From a virus, in the IMG/VR virus record IMGVR_UViG_3300042868_003730, positions 83,922-147,921 of that record: 64,000 nt of DNA; one strand, 5' to 3'. The notes beneath the pieces were generated by a model. The model worked only from the letters and a program-made list of their open reading frames with translations, did no database searches and had not been told where the DNA came from. How positions within the stretch are numbered: position 1 is the first letter of the stretch; every line of letters begins with the position of its first letter. The position numbers and the translations under genes were made by a program. Of this stretch, positions 29,931 to 39,930 are shown piece by piece.

Positions 29931-31448
29931 ATGGAACTTAACGTATTTGGTTTTAATATTAAACGACAGAAGGGTGACGATCAACCGATCCCTTCTGTCG
30001 TTGCACCCAATCAAGATGATGGTGCTCTTATTGTCGGCTCCGATGGGGCTAATTATTATGGATACGCGTATAACCCATTAGGTGATGTAAAGACGGAGAA
30101 TGATCTTCTTCGTCGCTATAGAGAAGTATCGGCATTTGCTGAGGTCGATCAGGCGATTAATGAGATTACTGATGAGGCTATCGTCTTTGATGACGAGAAG
30201 TATCCAGTTCGCCTGCAGTTAGATGATCTAAAAGTCCCAGAAACAATCAAGAAGAAATTTAATGAATGTTTCGAAGAGATTCTACAACTTCTAAAGTTCG
30301 ATGACCGTGGTCATGATATCTTCCGTAGCTGGTACATTGATGGTAAAGTCTACTATCATATTATGTTTGATGGTGAGAACTTCAAAGATGGTATTGCGGA
30401 AGTTCGATATATTGACCCACGAAAGATCAAGAAGATCAAGAACGTCAAGAAGGGTCGGATGGCCAATGGCGTTGAGGTAGTCACAGAGGTAGAAGAATAC
30501 TATCTGTATAATGACAAAGGTATTGACGACAAGACCACGCAAGGTGTTCGTCTCACGAAAGACTCTGTTGTTCTGTGTACCAGTGGTTTAGTTGATCCAA
30601 ATAATAGTTTAGTTCTCTCTCATCTACAGAAGGCTATTAAACCAGCCAATCAGCTGAAGATGGTCGAGGATTCATTGGTTATCTATAGAATGACTCGCGC
30701 ACCTGAGCGCAGAATCTTCTATGTTGACGTTGGTAATTTACCAAAGGGTAAAGCAGAACAGTACGTCAATGAGATTATGAACAAGTTCAAGAATAAACTT
30801 GTTTATGATGCAACTACTGGTGAGATTGCTGACTCCAAGCGTCATATGTCTATGATGGAAGATTTCTGGATGCCACGTCGTGAAGGCGGGAAGGGCACAG
30901 AGATTACTACTCTGGCAGGTGGTCAGAATCTATCACAGATCGAAGACATTGAGTATTTCAGAGACAAATTACTTCGTTCATTGAATGTACCTATTGGTAG
31001 GCTAAAGCCAGACCAGACATTCAACATTGGTCGTAGTAATGAAATTACTCGCGATGAGTTGAAGTTTATGAAGTTCGTAAAGAGACTTCGTTCAAAATTC
31101 AACCAATTGTTTATGGATCTGTTGAAGGTTCAGCTCGTTTCTAAGGGTGTTATTAGGCACGAAGAATGGCCAGACATCTCCAATAAGATTATGTTGGATT
31201 ACCTTCGCGATAATCAATTCGCGGAGATGAAGGATGCTGATCTGCTGAACGCAAGAATCGCAACTCTCCAGCAAATTGATCAGTATGTTGGTAAATACTA
31301 CTCGAAGGAATGGGTCAGAAAGAACGTTCTTCGATTAACCGATGAAGATATTAAAGATATTGATAAACAAATTGAAGAGGAAGCACCTGCAGCTGAGGAA
31401 GAAGCAGCTGCAGCAATGACACCTCCACCACAAGGAGATATGAGATGA
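29931..31448 (+). CDS. 20: Portal protein gp20
   Basis: WYIDG, YRMTRAPERRIFYVDVGNLPKGKAEQY, EDFWMPRREGGKGTEITTL, EITRDELKF. Confidence 0.95.
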   Translation: MELNVFGFNIKRQKGDDQPIPSVVAPNQDDGALIVGSDGANYYGYAYNPLGDVKTENDLLRRYREVSAFAEVDQAINEITDEAIVFDDEKYPVRLQLDDLKVPETIKKKFNECFEEILQLLKFDDRGHDIFRSWYIDGKVYYHIMFDGENFKDGIAEVRYIDPRKIKKIKNVKKGRMANGVEVVTEVEEYYLYNDKGIDDKTTQGVRLTKDSVVLCTSGLVDPNNSLVLSHLQKAIKPANQLKMVEDSLVIYRMTRAPERRIFYVDVGNLPKGKAEQYVNEIMNKFKNKLVYDATTGEIADSKRHMSMMEDFWMPRREGGKGTEITTLAGGQNLSQIEDIEYFRDKLLRSLNVPIGRLKPDQTFNIGRSNEITRDELKFMKFVKRLRSKFNQLFMDLLKVQLVSKGVIRHEEWPDISNKIMLDYLRDNQFAEMKDADLLNARIATLQQIDQYVGKYYSKEWVRKNVLRLTDEDIKDIDKQIEEEAPAAEEEAAAAMTPPPQGDMR

Positions 31449-31624
31449 GTGAGAGTCTAGTTAATCTAATTGATGCTATTCAGAATGGCAAGTCCCTGGA
31501 TATTGAACAGAATTTCAATCAAGCAATGGCAGAGAAGTTACATTCTGCCATTGATCAACGTAGAGAAGAACTCAGCAGAAACCTGTTGACTACTCCTGTT
31601 GATGAAGTAGAAGAGATCGAATAA
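31445..31624 (+). CDS. 67: Prohead core protein gp67 (59 aa, below the ORF-track cutoff)
   Basis: MSESLVNLIDAIQNGKSLDIEQNFNQAMAEKL...DEVEEIE with acidic tail. AAGGAG RBS, overlaps the gp20 stop. Confidence 0.75.
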   Translation: MSESLVNLIDAIQNGKSLDIEQNFNQAMAEKLHSAIDQRREELSRNLLTTPVDEVEEIE

Positions 31625-31628
31625 TCAA

Positions 31629-32141
31629 ATGAAGTTTGACTCACTAAGAACCGAGATACTGCCTGTGCAAGAATCATCATTTTTTATTGATGGTAATGTA
31701 TGCGCGAACATCGAAGGTTCTTGGTATCTGAATGAAGAACAAGTTTATGTTGATTCTTTTGACGATGCAGTTTCAGTTATCAAAGAAAAAATTGAGAACA
31801 ATAAAGAGAAGTATAATTCGCTAATTGACGAATCTTATTCTGTTGGACAGGCAATAAAAATAGTAAGAAAATACAGCAATAAAGTATCTCAGACAATATT
31901 GGAAAACTGCATTGAAACTGCATCGTCAAAACAATTAACAAATGATCCAGCAGTATTGGAATTACGATTAGAAGATACTAATTTGATCGCTGATAAATAT
32001 ATGTTCATTCTAGACAATAAAGATGCAGTTGCTTTAAGTAGCTCTGATTTATTGATGCTAGAAAAGTTCGATGATGAATTGCTTCAGTATGGAAAGCAAT
32101 CTGCTGAAAACCTAAAACAAATTCTTAGAGGTATATACTAA
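31629..32141 (+). CDS. Hypothetical protein in head-assembly block (gp68 position)
   Basis: 170 aa acidic ORF between gp67 and gp21. No recognisable gp68 motif. Confidence 0.5.
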   Translation: MKFDSLRTEILPVQESSFFIDGNVCANIEGSWYLNEEQVYVDSFDDAVSVIKEKIENNKEKYNSLIDESYSVGQAIKIVRKYSNKVSQTILENCIETASSKQLTNDPAVLELRLEDTNLIADKYMFILDNKDAVALSSSDLLMLEKFDDELLQYGKQSAENLKQILRGIY

Positions 32142-32545
32142 TGGCAAAGACCATCATGAAACTAACCGAGACATCGGCTATCGTCAAGATTTCTGGCACA
32201 GGAGCGGAAACAATTACGCTAAACACAGATCTTCTATCGACGACACAGACTGTCAGTGGTACTCCTAAGGTAGGTATTGGCTATTTGACTTGGACTACTG
32301 GTGAAAATATCGTAATCGCCAGAAATGGCGTGACTGTTTATACCTTGTTTACAAATACTGGTGAGTTTGATCTTTCCGGTAATGGTGGAATGTTAGATAT
32401 TATTCAAGGAACTTCAAACTTGGTAGTAACGATTACTGGAGATGGCGTAATTTTCCTCACTCTTCGAAAGATTGAGGGATATGCTTCGAAGATTGAGCCA
32501 GAGAAGTTCGGTAGTTACGATAACCCTGCTGTTGTAGGATCATAA
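32141..32545 (+). CDS. Hypothetical virion protein
   Basis: 134 aa beta-rich ORF immediately before gp21. Confidence 0.55.
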   Translation: MAKTIMKLTETSAIVKISGTGAETITLNTDLLSTTQTVSGTPKVGIGYLTWTTGENIVIARNGVTVYTLFTNTGEFDLSGNGGMLDIIQGTSNLVVTITGDGVIFLTLRKIEGYASKIEPEKFGSYDNPAVVGS

Positions 32546-32546
32546 A

Positions 32547-33179
32547 ATGAAGTTCCTTAGAGAATCAGTCAATACCAGTGATATTAGAGTTATCACTGAA
32601 GGCATCCAGAAAGATCTATTCATTGAAGGCATCTTTGCGCAAGCAGAAACAAAGAATAGAAATGGCAGAGTATATCCACAGAAGATCATGGAATCTGCTG
32701 TTAAGACTTATGTCAATGAATATGTTTCTTCCAATCGTGCACTTGGTGAATTATCTCACCCAGAGAATCGCCCAACAGTAAAGCCAGAATTAGCAAGCCA
32801 CCTTGTTACTGAATTCCGTATGGATGGTAATAATGTTATGGGTAAGGCGAAGGTACTCAACACACCACAGGGACAGATCGTTAAGGGTTTGCTTGAGGGT
32901 GGAGTGAAACTTGGCGTATCTACTCGTGGTCTTGGATCAGTCACTGAGAGAGCTGGGTCGACGTATGTTGGTGATGACTATACGTTAATGGCAGTGGATG
33001 TGGTATCTGATCCATCTGGTATTGATTGCTGGGTTAACGCAATCAATGAGAGTCAAGATTGGACGATCACTGATGACGGAAGAATCGTCGAAGCGATCAG
33101 AAAAGAATTGAAGAAGCAGAAACTAACTGAAGACAAGGCTTTGGCTATGTTCAGTAAGTTTTTACGCGATATCAAATAA
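32547..33179 (+). CDS. 21: Prohead protease gp21
   Basis: FIEGIFAQAETKNRNGRVY, ALGELSHP, LGVSTRGLGS, DVVSDPS. Confidence 0.95.
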   Translation: MKFLRESVNTSDIRVITEGIQKDLFIEGIFAQAETKNRNGRVYPQKIMESAVKTYVNEYVSSNRALGELSHPENRPTVKPELASHLVTEFRMDGNNVMGKAKVLNTPQGQIVKGLLEGGVKLGVSTRGLGSVTERAGSTYVGDDYTLMAVDVVSDPSGIDCWVNAINESQDWTITDDGRIVEAIRKELKKQKLTEDKALAMFSKFLRDIK

Positions 33180-33220
33180 TCGTTGATGGAAATAGCCCAA
33201 GAGGCAAAAATTCTTAAACA

Positions 33221-33227
33221 CTAAATA
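33221..33227 (+). promoter_or_regulatory. Late promoter CTAAATA
   Basis: Upstream of gp22 and gp23. Confidence 0.7.
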
Positions 33228-33251
33228 ATATATAACACAAAGGATATTAAC

Positions 33252-34097
33252 ATGTCTATTGAACAAAAAATTGCACAACTGATGGAACAGGCTAAACAGC
33301 TCGAGTCATCGGATGAAGTTGTTTCTATTGAAGAAGAAACAACTGAAGAAGTCATTGCTGAAGAAAACAAAGAACAAGTTCAGAAGATCGACCTTGGTAC
33401 TCTTTTTGAAGGTGAAGAGTTCTCGGTAGAATTTAAGTCTAAGGCAGCTGAGTTATTTGAAGCTGCAGTAGAAGCTCGTATCAAGCAAGAAATTGCTCAG
33501 ATCGAAGAAGAAGTTTCACAGCGTTTAGTTAATGAGAGCGCTGAGTTAAAAGAGGGTCTTGTTGATAAAGTTGATGGATATCTCGACTACGTAGTCGAAC
33601 AGTGGATGCAAAAGAATGAGCTCGCCCTTGATCGTGGTATTAAAGTCGAAATCTTTGAAAGTTTCGTAAGCGGAATGAAGGATCTTTTTGAAACTCATTA
33701 TATCGAAGTTCCAGAAGAAAAGTTTGACCTAATGGAAAGTGTCGACGCAAAAGCAAAAACTCTTGAAGAACAAGTAGATTTTCTTACTGCACAAAACGTT
33801 GAATTACAGCAGAAGTTTAAGTTAGTCGCAAAAGAAAGACAAATCGAAGAAGCTGCTAAAGAGCTGACCGATTTGGAAGCAGAGCGATTCAAACAACTCG
33901 CTGAAGAATTGGCGTATGATGATGAAGAATCATTCGGAAAGAAATTAGAACTCGTAAAAGAGAACTATATTTCGAAGTCAAAACAAGTGAAGGCAGTTGT
34001 TGAGTCAGTGGTAACTGATTCGCCTGTTGAACTTAATGAAGAAAAGCAAATCGATGCATCGATGGCGCGTTATATGCATGCCTTCAAAGCACGATAA
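33252..34097 (+). CDS. 22: Prohead scaffold gp22
   Basis: Acidic coiled coil. FKSKAAELFEAAV, VDGYLDYVVEQWM, C-terminal MARY. Confidence 0.9.
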   Translation: MSIEQKIAQLMEQAKQLESSDEVVSIEEETTEEVIAEENKEQVQKIDLGTLFEGEEFSVEFKSKAAELFEAAVEARIKQEIAQIEEEVSQRLVNESAELKEGLVDKVDGYLDYVVEQWMQKNELALDRGIKVEIFESFVSGMKDLFETHYIEVPEEKFDLMESVDAKAKTLEEQVDFLTAQNVELQQKFKLVAKERQIEEAAKELTDLEAERFKQLAEELAYDDEESFGKKLELVKENYISKSKQVKAVVESVVTDSPVELNEEKQIDASMARYMHAFKAR

Positions 34098-34124
34098 TCA
34101 ACTATTATCAAAAAGGAAATAAAA

Positions 34125-35462
34125 ATGGAACAATCTCGTCCTGATCTAGTTAAGAAGTGGGCTCCTATTCTTGAGCACGCTGATCTTCCACAAATCAAAG
34201 ATAACTACCGCAAGGAAGTTACTGCTGTTCTTCTTGAGAACCAAGAACGTGCTCAGCGCGAAGAGCGTCGTGCCCTGTTCGAAGACATTCCAAACGGATC
34301 GGCTGTTAGCGGTACATTCATGCCTGACAGTGGTGGTGTTGCTAAGTTTGACCCAGTTCTGATTAGCCTGGTTCGCCGTGCTATGCCAGCAATGGTCGCT
34401 TATGACATGTGCGGCGTTCAGCCAATGACCCAGCCTACAGGTCTGATCTTCGCAATGAAGTCAACCTATATGACAAGTGCTGGTGTTCGTGGTTCAGAAG
34501 CTCTGTTCAACGAAGCTGACACTGGTTACTCGGGTGTTGCTGCTGGTGGTACTGCTGGTACTTCCAACACTGGTGCTGCTCAGTCTGCACTGAATGGTTC
34601 TACAACTCCGATCACATCGGGTACTGCTTTCCCAACGGCAACTGCTGAAAACCAAACTGGTACTGGTACTGGTACTACCCAGCAAAATAACGGCGCTGGT
34701 TTCAACCAGATGGGATTCACAATCGAAAAGACTTCAGTTACTGCGCAATCGCGTGCTCTGAAGGCTGAGTACTCTGTTGAACTCGCACAGGACTTGAAGT
34801 CGGTTCACGGTCTTGACGCTGAAGCCGAGCTGAGCAACATCCTTTCGCAAGAAATCCTGGCTGAAATTAACCGCGAAGTTATTCGTACGGTTTACAACTC
34901 AGCTAAAGTTGGTGCTCAAGTCGGTACTGCTACTGCTGGTATTTTCGACCTTGACGTTGACTCGAATGGTCGTTGGTCAGTTGAGAAGTTCAAGGGTCTG
35001 ATGTTCCAAATCGAACGCGAAGCAAATGCAATTTACCAAACGACACGTCGTGGTCGCGGTAACTTCATCGTTTGCTCAGCTGACGTTGCTTCGGCTCTGG
35101 CAATGGCTGGTGTTCTTGACTACGCTCCTGCGCTGTCAACGAACCTGAACGTTGACGAAGCAAGCAACACGTTTGCTGGTGTTCTGAATGGTAAGTACAA
35201 AGTGTATGTTGATCCATATGCTGCTAACCAATCAGCTGACCAATTCCTGTTGGTTGGTTACAAGGGTTCATCGGCATTCGACGCTGGTATCTTCTACTGC
35301 CCATACGTTCCGCTGCAACTGTACCGCGCTACAGACCCAGCAACGTTCCAGCCGAAGATCGCTTTCCGTACTCGCTACGGTATCGTTGCTAATCCGTTCA
35401 CGGCTCTGACCGCTGGCGACAACATCTACTTCCGCAAGGTTCGCGTTCAGAACCTGATGTAA
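34125..35462 (+). CDS. 23: Major capsid protein gp23
   Basis: KWAPIL, LISLVRRAMP, CGVQPMTQPTGLIFAM, SRALKAEYSVELAQDLKSVHGLDAEAEL, FYCPYVPL. Confidence 0.97.
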   Translation: MEQSRPDLVKKWAPILEHADLPQIKDNYRKEVTAVLLENQERAQREERRALFEDIPNGSAVSGTFMPDSGGVAKFDPVLISLVRRAMPAMVAYDMCGVQPMTQPTGLIFAMKSTYMTSAGVRGSEALFNEADTGYSGVAAGGTAGTSNTGAAQSALNGSTTPITSGTAFPTATAENQTGTGTGTTQQNNGAGFNQMGFTIEKTSVTAQSRALKAEYSVELAQDLKSVHGLDAEAELSNILSQEILAEINREVIRTVYNSAKVGAQVGTATAGIFDLDVDSNGRWSVEKFKGLMFQIEREANAIYQTTRRGRGNFIVCSADVASALAMAGVLDYAPALSTNLNVDEASNTFAGVLNGKYKVYVDPYAANQSADQFLLVGYKGSSAFDAGIFYCPYVPLQLYRATDPATFQPKIAFRTRYGIVANPFTALTAGDNIYFRKVRVQNLM

Positions 35463-35483
35463 TCGGAAACGATGTAGTAAACC

Positions 35484-35507
35484 AAAAGGGAGCTTCGGCT
35501 CCCTTTT
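35484..35507 (+). terminator. Rho-independent terminator after gp23
   Basis: AAAAGGGAGC-TTCG-GCTCCCTTTT. Confidence 0.9.
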
Positions 35508-35514
35508 CAGTTGT

Positions 35515-35521
35515 CTAAATA
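35515..35521 (+). promoter_or_regulatory. Late promoter CTAAATA
   Basis: Restarts transcription after the gp23 terminator. Confidence 0.7.
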
Positions 35522-35552
35522 ATGGTATTGATATATTTTTACAGAGGGCAAT

Positions 35553-37082
35553 ATGTCACAGTTAAACGAAGCAATTAGACAAAAAGATTTCGGAAGAGCA
35601 ACTGGGCTTGTTCTTAAGTATCTCCGTAAGAAAATCGGAAACAAAGTATATCTGTATCCAGTTCCAGAAAAGTTCATTCCATCTGGTGGAAGTGCAATGA
35701 CTGGAATTCGTTTCTTCCTAGAATCAAATAAATCTATTCGATTTAACTGGAAGACAACTATTGATACATCAAATGGTCTGCTATCAATGGATTATTGGGA
35801 TGGGTCAAAACTCCCACAACCAAACCCAAGTGAGCACATCAAATTCGATGAAGCGCAATCTCTGGTAAAAGTATTACCATTTGTCGTTGAGTTCTTGGAA
35901 GGTAAAGTAGATAAGTCTGGTGTCTATGTCACTGAAGATGTTTCTGCTGAATTTAATCTGGTGCTTGATTTTCGTACAGACCTAACTGAAGCAACTTATA
36001 CATCAGGCGAACTCGCAAAGACTATTTCGAATGTTATCAATGCATTCAAGAGCAATATTCAAATTGCTGACCAGTATAAGAATGGCGGGAATAAAAAGTA
36101 TGGTCCGCGCTGGGAACAAGCAATCAAAGAAATTAGAAAACAATATCCAGAATTGTTTACCAAACAAGGTGCAAAGATTAACATTGATGCTGCTAATGCA
36201 TCGAAGATTGACTCATCAAAGATTCTAGCAGCAATCTCTGGTGGTGAAGACGCAGTTGCCTTTACTGTTACTGCTGGTGGCAAAGAAGAACACATCGTTG
36301 ATGGCGCAAGCGAAGCTGACATCGATCGCATGACGTATGAAGAGCAACTGGACTCACTGAAGTCTGGTATGAAGTTGCTTATGAGTAATGCCACAAACTC
36401 TATGTGGGTCGGTGGTCGTGGTGGTACTGGTAAGACACAGACTGTTGAAGATATGCTCCACGCTGCTGGTAAAACAGATGGCGATGGTTACTTTAAGATT
36501 ACTGGCTCAGCAACTCCAACTGGTATCTATAGAATTCTTTACACGCACCGCAAAGATATCGTTCTTTTCGATGACTCGGACTCGGCTCTAAACGATCAAG
36601 AAGGTCGTAATCTCTTTAAGGCAGCGTCGGATACGAAGAAGGTTCGTAAAGTATCTTGGATGAAGGGTGGCAAGAACTTCGTTGATCCAGCTGACTTCGA
36701 TGAAGAGGATGATAACGAAGACGTTCTACCACGTTACTTTGACTTCACAGGTAAGATTATCTTCATCTCGAATATGCCATTGGCTAAACTAGATCCAGAT
36801 GGTGCTCTGCGCACTCGTGGTTTCGTTATGAACGTTGACCCGACCAATGAAGAGATCTATGATTTTATGAATAAGATTGTTGACTTTATTCCATTGGATG
36901 TTAACTATCCATTGAGCAAAGAGTCCAGAATGGAAGTCGTTGATGTTTTGAGAGCAAGAAAGATCTCTGAGAAGAGTGCCAACCTTCGCTCGCTAGTACG
37001 TGGTCTAAACGTACGCGCTGGTATTGAATCACAGGGTGGGTCAGAAGAAGAATGGCGTCGTTTCGTCAAGATGTTTGCTTAA
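35553..37082 (+). CDS. Late-expressed P-loop/AAA ATPase of unknown function
   Basis: Walker A GGRGGTGKT, Walker B VLFDDSD, FTGKIIFISN and ALRTR motifs in the C-terminal half. Confidence 0.7.
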   Translation: MSQLNEAIRQKDFGRATGLVLKYLRKKIGNKVYLYPVPEKFIPSGGSAMTGIRFFLESNKSIRFNWKTTIDTSNGLLSMDYWDGSKLPQPNPSEHIKFDEAQSLVKVLPFVVEFLEGKVDKSGVYVTEDVSAEFNLVLDFRTDLTEATYTSGELAKTISNVINAFKSNIQIADQYKNGGNKKYGPRWEQAIKEIRKQYPELFTKQGAKINIDAANASKIDSSKILAAISGGEDAVAFTVTAGGKEEHIVDGASEADIDRMTYEEQLDSLKSGMKLLMSNATNSMWVGGRGGTGKTQTVEDMLHAAGKTDGDGYFKITGSATPTGIYRILYTHRKDIVLFDDSDSALNDQEGRNLFKAASDTKKVRKVSWMKGGKNFVDPADFDEEDDNEDVLPRYFDFTGKIIFISNMPLAKLDPDGALRTRGFVMNVDPTNEEIYDFMNKIVDFIPLDVNYPLSKESRMEVVDVLRARKISEKSANLRSLVRGLNVRAGIESQGGSEEEWRRFVKMFA

Positions 37083-37083
37083 T

Positions 37084-38865
37084 ATGAAAGTAGTGCATAA
37101 AGATTTACAGGCTCTTGGTGTTGATCAGGAGTCTGTAAGAAAATTCTTGAAGTACAAAGAAGCAGATGCTAAGGTAGGGGATGACCCGTATGCTTCATCT
37201 GCTAGTGAAAAGGCAAATAAGACCAAGGCGTATCGCGAACTGCATAAAGACCTCACCGCTAAAACCAAGAATCCTAATGTTGCGATTCAAACTCTAAGTA
37301 ACATTCATGACTATAAAGGAAAAGAAGCGATGTATGAAAGTATGATGTCATTCAAATCTTTCCTCGAGATCAATGAATTGTCTAACGTCACCCTGGCTTC
37401 TTATAAAAAGAAAGCAGGAGAACAGGCAACAGCTGCTGATAAGGCAGGTGACTTCAAGAAAGGTAATAAGCGATTCTCTGGTATTACCAAAGCAACGAAG
37501 AAACAATTTGCTAATCCAGTAAAAGAAGATTTTAATATCTGTGAAACAGCAGAATCTGGACTCGCTGCCAAAGCAGAAAAATCTGGTATCTCAATCGGTA
37601 CGCTACGCAAAGTTTATAATCGCGGTATGGCAGCGTGGAACTCTGGCCATCGCCCAGGAACCACTCCACAACAATGGGGTATGGCTCGCGTAAACTCTTA
37701 CATCACCAAAGGCAAAGGTACATATCACGGAGCAGATAAAGACTTGCGTGAAGAAACCGTACAGGAGTCTGGTGGTACTGCTGTGTGGAAAAGTGGATGT
37801 TGTCATGTTGAAAAATATGGAGATGATGTATTTGCTCTATATGTTAATGATAAAAAACATAAATTTTACACTTCATTAAAAGATGCTAAAGCTGCGTCAG
37901 TTGAGTTTAATGGGAAAAATCTAGAAGAAAAAGAAGTTCCAAAAGATCCGGAGTCTGGACTGCCAAAGAAATATGTTGCTGGTCTTTCATCCTCTACTGC
38001 TAAAGCCAGGGCTGCGCACTTCAATAAAATGGATAAGAAAAGCGACAGCGACCCAACTGCATATGAACCAGCACCTGGAGACGCAACTGCTAAAACCAAA
38101 ACAAGTAAGCATACATTAAAGTATCGCGAAATGTATGGAGAAAGTATTGATGAGGAAATACTGGAAGCATGCTGGGTTGGTTATAAACAAGTTGGTGTGA
38201 AGAAAAAGGGAAATAGAATGGTTCCCAACTGCGTGGCAGAAGATGTTGATTATATGTTCCATCCTCTTATCGAAGCAGTAAATGCAATTGATAGTGGTGA
38301 GTATGACTACGAGGGCCAGATGGCCAGATTACAGTTACAAACTATCTGCCGCAACTCAAAAGATTTAGTTGACATGCTTTCTGACGATGAGAATATGCCA
38401 GAGTGGGTTCAATCTAAAATAACTTTAGCTCAAGATTATATTAGTTCAGTTAGAGATTACTTACAATCTAAAGAAGAATTGGGTGAAAATCTAGAAGAAC
38501 AATTCGATATAATCGAAGAAGTTGTTGAAGAGCTATCAGCTGAATATGGTATTGACTCTGAAGTAATTTGGGAAAACTTTGACGAGTTTACAGACGAAGA
38601 ATTACTAGAATACGCAGTTGATGCCAAAGGGCACAAATCGTCCACTGGTGGATTGACACAAAAAGGTCGAGATGCTTACAACGCCAAAGGCGGAAATTTG
38701 CAAGCACCAGTGACTACTCCGCCATCCAAACTGAAGCCAGGAAGTAAGGCAGCAAATCGTCGTAAGTCTTTCTGCGCACGTATGGGTGGTATGGAAGGTG
38801 CCATGAAAAAACCAAATGGTGAACCCACTCGCAAAGCACTAGCTCTGCGTAAATGGAATTGCTAA
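37084..38865 (+). CDS. Modular basic protein, putative capsid-internal polyprotein
   Basis: ATG at 37084. String of short modules separated by [ILV]-X-E sites, with an internal MMSFKSFLEINE motif. Confidence 0.6.
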   Translation: MKVVHKDLQALGVDQESVRKFLKYKEADAKVGDDPYASSASEKANKTKAYRELHKDLTAKTKNPNVAIQTLSNIHDYKGKEAMYESMMSFKSFLEINELSNVTLASYKKKAGEQATAADKAGDFKKGNKRFSGITKATKKQFANPVKEDFNICETAESGLAAKAEKSGISIGTLRKVYNRGMAAWNSGHRPGTTPQQWGMARVNSYITKGKGTYHGADKDLREETVQESGGTAVWKSGCCHVEKYGDDVFALYVNDKKHKFYTSLKDAKAASVEFNGKNLEEKEVPKDPESGLPKKYVAGLSSSTAKARAAHFNKMDKKSDSDPTAYEPAPGDATAKTKTSKHTLKYREMYGESIDEEILEACWVGYKQVGVKKKGNRMVPNCVAEDVDYMFHPLIEAVNAIDSGEYDYEGQMARLQLQTICRNSKDLVDMLSDDENMPEWVQSKITLAQDYISSVRDYLQSKEELGENLEEQFDIIEEVVEELSAEYGIDSEVIWENFDEFTDEELLEYAVDAKGHKSSTGGLTQKGRDAYNAKGGNLQAPVTTPPSKLKPGSKAANRRKSFCARMGGMEGAMKKPNGEPTRKALALRKWNC

Positions 38866-38877
38866 GGTAGAAGGATA

Positions 38878-39384
38878 ATGAAATCATTTAAGAGTTATCT
38901 TACTGAACAATACGCAGGAAACTACGTCTGTCTGGAAACAGAAGATATGTCGTTTTTCTTTGTAGACTGTGGAATTCCTGAGCCAACATCTGGGGTAGTT
39001 CCTCCAGATTTTCACTGTACAGTTATGTACTCTGAAATATCAGTTATTGAACCAGAAAGAGTTGCTAGCCTATTGCGTACTTCTGGATTCAATAAACCAT
39101 ACATCGGTAAGATAATTGGGTTTGATCTTTTTGATTCACCTGAAGATAATACCAAGTGTTCTCTTGTCGCTAAAATAGAATGCCCTGAATTGATGCAAGC
39201 GCATGACTATCTAAAGGGTATTGGTCTACAACATTCTTATTCAGAATATTCACCGCATATTACTCTACGATATGGAATGGATATTATTGAGGCAGCTAAA
39301 TACAAAGAATTGCTAAGTGGTTGTACTGGTTCGGTTACGATGGCAAAGTTTAGAAGTGAGCCAATAAATAAACATTACGTATGA
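38878..39384 (+). CDS. 2H phosphodiesterase, T4 gp57B / anti-CBASS Acb1 family
   Basis: Two HxT motifs (FHCTVMYS, YSPHITLRY) and C-terminal SEPI, matching the gp57B/Acb1 layout. Confidence 0.8.
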   Translation: MKSFKSYLTEQYAGNYVCLETEDMSFFFVDCGIPEPTSGVVPPDFHCTVMYSEISVIEPERVASLLRTSGFNKPYIGKIIGFDLFDSPEDNTKCSLVAKIECPELMQAHDYLKGIGLQHSYSEYSPHITLRYGMDIIEAAKYKELLSGCTGSVTMAKFRSEPINKHYV

Positions 39385-39914
39385 CTATTCTAACTTGCCC
39401 ATCGCCGAGTAACATTAACCCATTAAATCCAAATGGATTTTTGTTCTCGGTCAGTAAACTCCCGGAACTAACATTCTTCGTTCAGGACGTAGAGTTGCCT
39501 TCTCTTAGTATCGGGACTGTTATCCAGTCATCAAGTGTTCAAGATATTAAGATTCCAGGAGAGACAGCTGATTTTGGTAGTCTTAGTGTTGAGTTTCTTG
39601 TAGATGAACAGTTCGCCAACTATAAAGCAATTTATGCCTGGATGGTTGGATTGACATACCCAGAGACCCATGATATGTATAAGGCATTCTTAGCCTCTGC
39701 AAAGAATGCGAACTCATACAGTGAACTGGCGAAGGGTTACTCTGATGCATCATTGACTATTCTCGATAGCAGCAATAATCCAGTTCAGAGAATTACGTTT
39801 ATTGATGCGTTTCCAACATCGCTAAGTACATTACCATTTACCTCTCAGAGTAGTGATGTTCAATTCCTGAGAGCAACTGCTACGTTTGACTATACATATT
39901 ATAAATTATCTTAA
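39381..39914 (+). CDS. 3: Tail completion / tube terminator gp3
   Basis: NPLNPNGFLF...LPELTFFVQDVELP...FLVDE...DAFPTSLS...ATFDYTYY. Confidence 0.8.
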   Translation: MTILTCPSPSNINPLNPNGFLFSVSKLPELTFFVQDVELPSLSIGTVIQSSSVQDIKIPGETADFGSLSVEFLVDEQFANYKAIYAWMVGLTYPETHDMYKAFLASAKNANSYSELAKGYSDASLTILDSSNNPVQRITFIDAFPTSLSTLPFTSQSSDVQFLRATATFDYTYYKLS

Positions 39915-39930
39915 CTTCCTGTAATATATT

